This document shows positions 37,921-48,945 of a stretch of DNA of 64,000 nucleotides, piece by piece (the first letter of the stretch is position 1; every line of letters begins with the position of its first letter). A program made the translations under genes and the position numbers. The notes below the pieces were generated by a model. The model saw only the letters and a list, made by a program, of their open reading frames with translations. It ran no database searches and was not told the DNA's origin. Where the stretch lies: positions 8,618,001-8,682,000 of the forward strand of contig NC_086108.1 of assembly GCF_963921235.1 (NCBI RefSeq), in the 5' to 3' direction. Source of the DNA: Mobula hypostoma. Lineage: Eukaryota.

Positions 37921-38515
37921 ACGCTCTGTCCGCCAGAGAAAGCAGGATCTCCCAGTGGCCACACATTTTAATTCCACATCCCATTCCCATTCTGACATGT
38001 CTATCCACGGCCTCCTCTACTGTGAAGATGAAGCCACACTCAGGTTGGAGGAACAACACCTTATATTCCGTCTGGGTAGCCTCCAACTCGATGGCATGAA
38101 CATCGACTTCTCTAACTTCCGCTAGGCCCCACCTCCCCCTCGTACCCCATCCATTATTTATTTATTATTATTTTTTTCCTCTCTCTCCTTTTTCTCCCTC
38201 TGTCCCTCTCACTATACTCCTTGCCCATCCTCTGAGCTTCCCCCCTCCCCCTTTCTTTCTCCACGGACCTCCTGTCCCCTGATCCTCTCATATCCCCTTT
38301 GCCAATCACCTGTCCAGCTCTTGGCTCCATCCCTCCCCCTCCTGTCTTCTCCTGTCATTTGGATCTTCCCCTCCCCCTCCCACTTTCAAATCTCTTACTA
38401 TCTCTTCTTTCAGTTAGTCCTGACGAAGGGTCTCGGCCTGAAACGTCGACTGTACCTCTTCCTAGAGATGCTGCCTGGCCTGCTGCGTTTGCCAGCAACT
38501 TTGATGTGTGTTGCT
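37921..38515 (+). mobile_element. Young Penelope-like 3' fragment inserted in a Rex1-type fragment
   Basis: 9-bp TSD tccattact (37912-37920, 38516-38524); highly similar to 1-570. Confidence 0.85.
38416..38451 (+). ncRNA. Minimal type I hammerhead ribozyme in Penelope tail
   Basis: agtcCTGACGAagggtctcggcctGAAAcGTCgact, identical to 478-513. Confidence 0.75.
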
Positions 38516-39186
38516 TCCATTACTTTTTGTAGGATTTTCCGCTGAAGGGCATTGGTGTGTTTCCATACCAGGCTGTGATGCAGCCAGTCAGTACACTCTC
38601 CACTATATATAAAAGACAGTTCCGAAATGCAAGTCTTTCTCCTGGGGTTACAGATACACTAGATGTTTCCGGAAGGTTCTGTCGGCATTGAATAAGTGGT
38701 GAGGCTTTCTTTCCGTGTGCCTGGAAACATGTCGGACCTTGCGTAAAGTCATAGAAAATTACAGCCCAGAAACAGGCCCTTCGGCCCATCTAGCCAAAAT
38801 CGTATCAGCTGCCTACTCCCATGGGCCTGCTCTGCATCCATACCCCTCCATACCCCTACCATCTATGTACTTCACTTCTCTTAGATATTAAATACAAGCT
38901 TGCATGCACAGTCTGTGAAGGCGCTCGTACCACACCCTCACCACCCTCTGAATGAAGAGGTTTCCCCTCATGTTCCCCTTAAACTTTTCTCCTTTCACCC
39001 TCAATGCAGAACCTCTGGTTGTCTTCCCTCCCAATGTGAGTGGAGAGAGCCTGCTCGCATTTACCCTGCCTGTACCCCCTCATAATTTTGTACACCTCTG
39101 TCGAATCTCCTCTCGATCTTCTACATCTCAAGGGATAAAGCATCTCAGCTACTGACTGACGGCAGCCTTCTGTTGTTCCCTTCCAG

Positions 39187-39276
39187 GAATTCATCAGGGA
39201 GCTGGTAACGAAACTCCAGGGGCTCCACAAGGTGCAGGTGCAGAGAGTGGGGCTTCAGGAAGGCAAGCAGCACTGA
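39187..39276 (+). CDS. ppp1r14a: PPP1R14A-like terminal coding exon: EFIRELVTKLQGLHKVQVQRVGLQEGKQH*
   Basis: Acceptor ttctgttgttcccttccag, phase 0; resembles CPI-17 DFIQELLAKLQGLHRQ; TGA at 39274-39276. Confidence 0.88.
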   Translation, partial: EFIRELVTKLQGLHKVQVQRVGLQEGKQH

Positions 39277-39454
39277 GACGCGCCACTCACTCTGTCAGCT
39301 CTCGTTCGGACCTCCTCCCAAGTTACTGCCCCATCAGAGTCACCCCACAATTGCCCTCGGACCCCAACACCTCCCACCGATGCAGAATAAGCTTTCAAAG
39401 GAAGTTATCTTGCCAAATATATTATGTTCTGTTTGATGCTGTTTTAATATTCAG

Positions 39455-39460
39455 ATTAAA
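39455..39460 (+). promoter_or_regulatory. Candidate polyadenylation signal (ATTAAA) for ppp1r14a
   Basis: About 180 nt after the stop, in non-repeat sequence, followed by a GT-rich stretch. Confidence 0.5.
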
Positions 39461-41984
39461 GTTTACAATAACTCAGTGACGATGTTTTACGTGTAACCAC
39501 AGTCCCAGCTTGTGTCCATGCTGTGGACTGCTGATTCGGCGGGACAGGTTCAGAATCCGAGTTGAGTTTAGTATTACCGGCACGTGACGTGAAACTTGTT
39601 GTTATGTGGCAGCAGTACATTGCCATATGTAATAATAAAAGCTGTAAATTACAGTAAGTACATATATTAAAAAAAGTTAAATTAATTAAGTAGTGCAGAA
39701 AAAAAGAGGAAAAAAAGTACTGAGGTAGTGTTCTTGGATTGAATGTCTATTCAGAAATCGGATGTTCCTGAATCGCTGAGTGTGTGTGTCTGCAGGCTCC
39801 TGTACCTCCTCCCTGATGGTAGCAATGGGAAGAGGGCACGTCCTGGGGGATGGGGGCTCTTAGTCCTTTTTTGAGCCATCGCTCCTTGGAGGTGCCCGGG
39901 ATGCGACAGAGGCTAGTGCCCGTGATGAGGCTAAGCTTACATCTGTCTGCAGTGGCACCACCCCTCCCCACTCCCCCCACACCAGACGGTGATGCAGCCA
40001 GTTAGAATGCTCTCCACGGTACATCGGAGAAACCTGCACGTGCATTTGGTGACATACCACATCTCCTCAAACTCCTAGTGAATATACCTGCCGCTGTGCC
40101 TTCTTTGCAGCTGCGTTAGGCCCAGGTTCGATCCTCACAGACACCGAGACCCAGGCACCTGAAAGCATTCGAGTTCCCCAGCCTTTCACCAAACTTTGCA
40201 TGCAGCTTGTCCCTTCGCTCCTGTGCCCATCACCCTGCGGTTCTCAGATGAAAACAAGTATTTCAGCCACAGTCAGAGCAGATGTTTGTCCGAACCTGTC
40301 GGAGGAATTCAAATAGGAACAGAAGAAAAATTCACCCCTCCCTGATTCAGGACTAATCGCCCAGTTTGTGCCTGGGTGGCCATTCACTAACTCTGCTACG
40401 AGGCCCTGTGGGTAGGGAAGTTGGAGGGCGACGAAGCATGAATCGGCCTTGTTCCTGCTCTCCACGGCTCACGCACTGCCACCAGAGGCAGTGGGTTCCA
40501 TTCGGCAGTTACCGAGGAGCCAATGGCGGTGAAGCAGTTAAGTCCCTGGACCACCAGTTCAAATCCCACCCACGCCAGCTGTAAAATGTAAACTCGTGTA
40601 ATTAAATAACTCTAGAATTTAAAAGTCTTAACAGTAATGAATAAACTGCCTAAACACATCTGTTTCTGTTTACTGGCATTCTTTGGAGCAGTAAATCTGC
40701 AGTTCTTGTCCAGTCTGGGCTCTGTGCGACTCCCAGGTCATTTGTGAGGCTTGAGTTGTGGCTGCTATCCCTACCTGGAGTGTTCAGAGCAATTGATGGT
40801 TCTGGGCCTGTACTCACAGGAGATTAGGGAGAATCTCACTGAAACCTATCAAATATTGAAAGACCTAGGTCGAGTTGATGTGAAGAGGTTGTTGCCTAGA
40901 GTGGGAGAGTCTAAGACCAGAGAGCACAACCTCAGAATAGAGGGATGTCCAATGACACAGAACATAGACCAGTATAGCATAGGAACAGGCCGTTCGGCCC
41001 ACAATGCTGTGCCGAACCATCAAAAAAGCAAATCAAAAACACTAATCCCTCCTACCGACACAATGTCCACATCCCTCCATGTTCCTCACATCCATGTGCC
41101 TATCCAAATGTCTCTTAAAAGCCTCTAATGTATTTGCCTCTACTACCAGACCAGGCAGCACATTCCAGACATCCACCACTCTCTGAGTAAAAAACTTACC
41201 CCTCACATCCCCCTTGAACTTCCCCCTCTCACCTTGAATGCATGCCCTCTGGTATTAAACATTTCTACCTTGGGAAACAGATACACTCTACTCTATCTAT
41301 GCCTCTCATAATCTTATAAACCTCTATCAGATCTCCCCTCAGCCTCTGGCACTCCAGAGAAAACAACCCAAGTTATCCAGCCTCTCCTGATAGCACATGC
41401 CCTCTAAACCTGGCAGCATCCCGGTAAATCTCTTCTGCGCCCTCTCCAAAGCCTCAACATCCTTCCTATAGTGGGGCAACCAGGACTGTATGTAATACTG
41501 CAGGTGTAGCCTAACCAGAGTTTTATAATGTTAGAAAGGAGATGAAGAGGAATTTCTTTAGCCAGAGGGTGGTGAATCTGTGGAATTCGTTGCCACAGAC
41601 AGCTGTGCAGGCCAAGTCATTGGGTACATTTAAGGCAGAGGTTGACAGGTTCTTGATTGGTCAGGGCGTGAAGAGTTACAGGGAGAAGGCAGCAGACTGG
41701 GCTTGAGAGGGATAATAAATCAGCCATGATGGAATGGCACAACAGACACAATGGGCTGAATGGCCTAATTCTGCTTCAATGACTTAAATAAAAGTTTGGA
41801 ATCTGAATCACCAGCATATGTCGTGAAATTTGTTGTCTTTGGGGTGTCAGAACAATGCAATACATAATAAAAAAGGGAAAAAACTGAATTACAGTCAGTA
41901 TATATATTAAATAGTTAACGTAAATAAGTAATGCAAAAACAGAAACTTCAGAGGCTGACACTGGGAAATGTCAACTTGTTTCAA

Positions 41985-44205
41985 CTTGATCATGGACAAG
42001 GATAGATCTGGTCCTAGGGTTGAGGTTCTGAACTGGAAGAAGGCCAAATTTGAAGAAATGAGAAAGGATCTAAAAAGCGTAGATTGGGACAGGTTGTTCT
42101 CTAGCAAGGATGTGATCGGTAGGTGGGAAGCCTTCAGAGGAGAAATTTTGAGAGTGCAAAGTTTGTGTGATCCTGTCAGGATTAAAGGCAAAGTGAATAG
42201 GAATAAGGAACCTTGGTTCTCAAGGGATATTGCAACTCTGATAAAGAAGAAGAGGGAGTTGTGTGACATGTATAGGAAACAGGGAGTTAATAAGGTGCTT
42301 GAGGAGTATAAGAAGTGCAAGAAAATACTTAAGGAAGAAATCAGGAGGGCTAAAAGAAGACATGAGGTTGCCTTGGCAGTCAAAGTGAAGGACAATCCAA
42401 AGAGCTTTTACAGGTATATTAAGAGCAAAAGGATTGTAAGGGATAAAATTGGTCCTCTTGAAGATCAGAGTGGTCGGCTATGTGCGGAACCAAAGGAAAT
42501 GGGGGAGATCTTAAATAGGTTTTTTGCGTCTGTATTTACTAAGGAAACTGGCATGAAGTCTATGGAATTAAGGGAAACAAGTAGTGAGATCATGGAAACT
42601 GTACAGATTGAAAAGGAGGAGGTGCTTGCTGTCTTGAGGAAAATTAAAGTGGATAAATCCCCGGGACCTGACAGGGTGTTCCCTCGGACCTTGAAGGAGA
42701 CTAGTGTTGAAATTGCAGGGGCCCTGGCAGAAATATTTAAAATGTCGCTGTCTACAGGTGAGTTGCCGGAGGATTGGAGAGTGGCTCATGTTGTTCCGTT
42801 GTTTAAAAAAGGATCGAAAAGTAATCCGGGAAATTATAGGCCAGTAAATTTAATGTCGGTAGTAGGTAAGTTATTGGAGGGAGTACTAAGAGGCAGAATC
42901 TACAAGCATTTGGATAGACAGGGACTTATTAGGGAGAGTCAACATGGTTTGTGCGTGGTAGATCATGTTTGACCAATCTATTAGTTTTTCGAGGAGGTTA
43001 CCAGTAAAGTGGATGAAGGGAAGGCAGTGGATATTGTCTACACGGACTTCAGTAAGGCCTTTGACAAGGTCCTGCATGGAAGGTTAGTAGGAAAATTCAG
43101 TCGCTAGGTATACATGGAGAGGTGGTAAATTGGATTAGACATTGGCTCAATGGAAGAAGCCAAAGAGTGGTAGTAGAGAATTGCTTCTCCCGAGTGGAGG
43201 CCTGTGACTAGTGGTGTGCCACAGGGATCAGTGCTGGGTCCATTGTTATTTGTCATCTATATCAATGATCTGGATGATAATGTGGTAAATTGGATCAGCA
43301 AATTTGCTGATGATACAAAGATTGGAGGTGTAGTAGACAGTGAGGAAGGTTTTCAGAGCCTGCAGAGGGACTTGGACCAGCTGGGAAAATGGGCTGAATA
43401 ATGGCAGATAGAGTTTACTACAGACAAGTGTGAGGTATTGCACGTTGGAAGGACAAACCAAGGTGGAAAATACAGGGTTAATGGTAAGGCACTGAGGAGT
43501 GCAGTGGAACAGAGAGATCTGGGAATACAGATACAAAATTCCCTAAAAGTGGCATCACAGGTAGATAGGGTCGTAAAGAGAGCTTTTGGTACATTGGCCT
43601 TTATTAATCAAAGTATTGAGTACAAGAGCTGGAATGTTATGATGAGGTTGTATAAGGCATTGGTGAGGCCGAATCTGGAGTATTGTGTTCAGTTTTGGTC
43701 ACCAAATTACAGGAAGGATATAAATAAGGTTGAAAGAGTGCAGAGAAGGTTTACAAGGATGTTGCCAGGACTTGAGAAACTCAGTTACAGAGAAAGGTTG
43801 AATAGCTTAGGACTTTATTCCCTGAAGCGTAGAAGAATGAGGGGAGATTTGATAGAGGTATATAAAATTATGATGAGTATAGATAGAGTGAATGCAAGCA
43901 GGCTTTTTCCACTGAGGCAAGGGGAGAAAAAAACCAGAGGACATGGGTTAAGGGTGAGGGGGGAAAAGTTTAAAGGGAACCTTAGGGGAGGCTTCTTCAC
44001 ACAGAGAGTGGTGGGAGTATGGAATGAGCTGTCAGACAAGGTGGTAAATGCGGGTTCTTTTTTAACATTTAAGAATAAATTGGACAGATACATGGATGGG
44101 AGGTGTATGGAGGGATATGGTCCATGTGCAGGTCAGTGGGACTAGGCAGAAAATGGTTCGGCACAGCCATGAAGGGCCAAAAGGCCTGTTTCTATGGTTT
44201 CTATG
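41985..44205 (+). mobile_element. 5'-truncated CR1 LINE ORF2 (RT) with 3' tail
   Basis: ORFs 41968-42972, 43204-43401 ([16 protein letters not shown]) and 43438-44145; ttctatgg repeat tail. Confidence 0.92.
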
Positions 44206-45572
44206 TCTGGTCCCCATGGTGCGGGGTCTGGGCTTTGGGTCCCAGTGGTGGCCCGGTAGGGGTCTTGGGCTGGACCCCTCAGCTTGCACTGCATCTCCCC
44301 ACAAAAACATCCCGATGAGACTGACCTGAAAAAGAAGAGTCAAGCCGGCTCGGACATCTCCCGGATTAACAAGGTCCGCACCAATGATCAGGGAACTGGG
44401 ACCACCTGGCGAGAAACTGGCTTTCGGAACAAACCATGAATGGCGAGACTGGAGGACATGGAATTAATGGAATGCCACTTTAACAACAGCCCACAAGAAA
44501 GAAGATATATCAAGTGAATTTGGGGACTCTGGCAACAATGAAGACCGTCATTCACATTCACTGATAGACAACGGGTTACCCAGCGATCAAACATTGTCAA
44601 CAGAGGATTGCTATCATATATTGAACTGGAAGACGTGCAATCACGATACACCACAGCAACATCACCGCAGAACCGAGCCGATCAGGAAATACGAGTTCAA
44701 ACCCCAACCCCACAACTCAAAGATGGTGCAAAGGTAACAGCATCACGTTGTACACAGAAAACGGAAGTTCAAACCTCACCTCAGGGCAGATGGACGCCGG
44801 CTCCCGCAATCAGCGAGAAGATCACAGCAGAACTGGCAACTGGCAATCAACGAACTAGGCTCCCCAGACTTGGTGATAATATTCCACCAGACCGCATGCT
44901 GGAAGCAGTCATTGAAACTCTACTCACAACTGCAACCCTCAACATAACTGAGACCAATGACCTGATACAGGCATCGGCAGCAGCGTATGGAAACGATGGG
45001 CTACAAAACGAGCTGCAGTGGAGAGTACGGTTATACCTCCCCGGAGACGGCAATTGGAAGCCAAGGTGAAACCCACAAAGGTGGAGCTCAGCAGACTAAC
45101 TGAGCTGCAGAGAGCTGGGAAGACCAAACACTCTTCTCAGCTACTGAGGAAGTACAGAGATATGTCCATAGCAGAATCCTTGGAAACTGCCAAGCAACAG
45201 TTAACAGCTCTGGCTGCCAGACCACGCTAGGGACACAGAGTCTAAGCAAATAAATGCACTCTTCTCCAAAGAACCATGAAAAGTATTGGCATAGTTCCAG
45301 AGCAACAACACGACAGTACCTGAACCAACCAAAACAGCAACTGAGGAGCACGGGAAGAGTATGTGGGAGAAAGAAGCATCACGTAACACCAGTGCCCAAT
45401 GACTGAAAGACCCACAAGCAGGCCTCTGCAATCTCCCAGAGGAAGAACCAGTCACCATCACAGCAGCAGATGTCCAGCAACCGGTAGCAAGTATAAAGAA
45501 CCGGACATCACCAGGCCCTGACATGACCTACGCCTATTGGCTGAAGAAACGAGCGGTGTTATATACACAGCT

Positions 45573-45879
45573 TGGCACGTGGCCAAGTGGTTAAGGCGTC
45601 GGTGTAGTGATCTGAAGTTCGCTAGTTCAAGCCTCAGCTGAGGCAGCGTGTTGTGTCCTTGAGCAAGGCACTTAACCACACACTGCTCTGCGACGACACC
45701 GGTGCCAAGCTGTATCAGCCCTAGTGTCCTTCCCTTGGACAACATCGGTGGCGTGGAGAGGGGAGACTTGCAGCATGGCAACTGCCAGTCTTCCATACAA
45801 CCTTGCCCAGGCCTGCGCCCTGGAAACCTTCCAAGGCTCAAATCCATAGTCTCATGAGACTAACAGATGCTTATATATA
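45573..45879 (+). mobile_element. tRNA-derived SINE inserted in the R4 element
   Basis: A/B boxes; TSD tatatacacagct at 45560-45572 and 45880-45892. Confidence 0.88.
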
Positions 45880-45978
45880 TATATACACAGCTGGCAGTGC
45901 AAATAAACCAGCTGCTTGAAGCAGGCTCTCAACCTGTCTGGCTAACTCAAGAAATGACAGTACTCACGAGGAAGGACA

Positions 45979-48945
45979 GATGGTGAAAAAGCAAACATAG
46001 CGTGCAGTCAGACTGCCAGTAGGGCCGGGCAGATGAAAGGACATAATTGAAGCCAGTGGAGTGAGTATCAGTGCATTAGGGATACAGAATCAAAAAAAAA
46101 AGTAGCAAATGCAGTACTCAAAGTGTTAGATCTCAATGCATAGAGTGTAAGAAATAAGGTGGATGATCTTGTTGCACTATTACAGATTGTCAGGGATGAT
46201 GTTGTGCCCTTCACTGAATCGTGGCTAAAGGATAGTTACAGTTGGAAGCTGAATGTCGAAGGTTACATGTTGTATTGGAGGGATAGGAAGATAGGCAGAG
46301 AGGGTGGTGTGGCTCAGATGGCAAAGAATGGCGTCAAATCAGTAGAAAGATATGACATAGGATCTGAAGATGTTGAATCCTTGTGGAGTGAGTTAAGAAA
46401 CTGCAAGGGTAAAAGGACCCTGATGGCAGTTATATACAGGTCTCCCAACGGTAGCTGGGAGGTGGACCACAGATTACAACAGAAAATAGAAAAGACGTTT
46501 CAAAAGTGCAAATTTATGATGGTCATGGGAGATTTCAACATTAAGCTTAATGGAGAAAATAAGGTTGGAAATGGATCTCAAGAGAGTGAGTTTGTTGAAT
46601 GCCTGCAAGATGGCTTTTTAGAGCAGTTTGTCATTGAGCCTACTAGGGGATGGGCTATCCTGGATTGGGTGTTACGTAATGTACTGAACCAGAGGTGATT
46701 AGAGAGCTTAAGATAAAAGAACCCTTGGGATCCAGTTATCAGAGTATGATTGAGTTCAACTTGAAATCTGATAAGGAGAAAGTAAAGTCTGATGTAGCAG
46801 TATTTTAATCAGTAAAGGAAATTACTCTGGTATGAGAGAGGAGCTGGCCAAAGTAAATTGGAAGGAGTTGCTGGCAGGGATGACAGCAGAGCAGCAATGG
46901 CGTGAGTTTCTGGGGGAAAATGAGGAACATGCAGGACAGATGTATTCCTAAAACAAAGAAATACTCAGATGGCAAAATAGTACAACTGTGGCTGACAAGG
47001 GAAGTCAAAGCTAATGTAAAAGCAAAAGAGAGGGCGTACAACAAAGAAGACAGGACTGGGAAGCTTTCAAAAACCTTACAGAGAGCAACTAAACGAAACA
47101 TTAAGGGGGAAGAGATGAAATATGAAAGCAAGCTAGCAAACAATATCAAAGTGAATAGTTAAAGCTTTTTCAAGTATGTAAAAAATAAAAGAAAGATGAG
47201 AGTGGATACAGGACCACTAGAAAATGAGGCTGGAGATATAATAACAGGGGCCAAGGAGATGGCAGATGAACTAAATGAGTATTTTGCATCAGTCTTCACT
47301 GTGGAAGACACAAGCAGTGTGCCAGATGTTGAAGGGTGTGAGGGGAGAGAAGTAAGTGTAGTTACTATTACAAGGGAGAAGGTGTTCAAAAAGCTGAAAC
47401 ATCTAAGGGTACATAAGGTTCCTGGACCAGATGACCTGCATCCTAGGGTTCTGAAAGAGGTAGCAGGAGAGGTTGTGGAGGCCTTAGTAATGATCTTTCA
47501 AAAATCATGGAACTCTGGCATGGTGCCAGTGGACTGGAAAATTACAAATGTCACTCCACTCTTTAAGAAAGGAGGAAGACAGCAGAAAGGAAATTATAGA
47601 CCAGGTAGTCTCAGTGTTTGGGAAGATGCTGGAGTCAATAGTTAAGGATGAGATTATGGAGTACTTAGTAACACAAGACAAGATTAGACAAAGTTAGCAT
47701 GATTTCCTTAAGGGAAAATCTCACCTGACAAACCTATTGGAATTCTTTGAGGAGATTACACTACAATAGATAAAAGGGATACAGCGGATGTTGTATACTT
47801 GGACTTTCAGAAGGCCTTTGACAAGGTGCCACACATGAGGCTGTTTACCAAGTTAAGAGCCCATGGTATTACAGGAAAGTTACTGACATGGTTAGAGCAT
47901 TGACTAATTGGTCAGAGGCAGCAAGTGGGAATAAAAGGATCCTTTTCTGGTTGACTGCTAGTGAGTGGTGGTGTTCCGCAGGGGGCTTTGTTGGAACCAT
48001 TTCTTTTTATGCTGGATATAAACAATTTAGATGATGGAATAGATAGCTTTGTTGCCAAGTTTGTAGATGATATGAAGATTGGTGGCAGTGTTGAGGAAAC
48101 AGGTAGGCTGCAGAAGGACTTCGACAGATTAGGAGAATGGACAAGAGAGTGGCAAATTAAATGCAGTGTTGGAAAATGCATGGTCATGCACTTTGGAGGT
48201 ATCTAAGTGGGGAGAAAATCCAAAAATCTGAGATGCAAAGGGACTTGGGAGTCATTGTGCAGAACACCCTGAAGGTTAATTTGCAGATAGAGTCGGTGGT
48301 GAGGATGGCAAATGCAATGTTAGCATTCATTTCAAGAGGTCTAGAATACAAAAGCAAGGATGTGATTCTGAGGCTTTATAAGGCACTGGTGAGGTCTCAC
48401 CTTGAGTATTGTGAGCAGTTTAGGGCTCCTCATCTTACAAAGTTGTAGAAAAGATGTGCTGGCATTGGAGAGGGTCCAGAGGAGGTTCACAAGGATGATT
48501 CTGGAAATGAAAGGGTTATACGAGGAACATTTGATAGCTCTGGGTCTGTACTTGCTGGAATTTAGAAGGGTGAGGGGAGATCTCATTGAAACCTTTTGAA
48601 TGTTGAAAGGCCTAGACAGAGTAGATGTGTAAAGGATGTTTCCCAGAGTGGGTGGGGGGGGGTGTCTGGGACAACAAGTGGGCACAGCTTCTGGATAGAG
48701 GGGCGTCCATTCAAAACAGAGATGCGGAGAAATTTCTTTAGCCAGAGGGTGGTGAATTTGTAGATTGTAGGGTGTATTTAAGGCAGAGCTTGATAGGTTC
48801 TTGATTGGACACGGCATCAAAGGTTACGGGGAGAAGGCTGAGGAGTGAGGCTGAGGAGGGGAGAAAAGGATCAGCCACAATTGAAAGGTGGAGCAGACTC
48901 GACGGGCCAAACGGCCTAATTCTGGTTCTATGTCTTATGGTCTCA
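45979..48945 (+). mobile_element. CR1 LINE with near-complete but degenerate ORF2 (APE plus RT), inserted in the R4 RT
   Basis: SVRNKVDDL, TESWL, MGDFN, PGPDDLHPRVLKE, FVDDMK; R4 sequence resumes at ~48945. Confidence 0.88.

Noticed and set aside
7580..48945. An intact, active autonomous retrotransposon or domesticated RT gene
   Set aside because: Every RT-bearing copy is truncated and/or has frameshifts and stops
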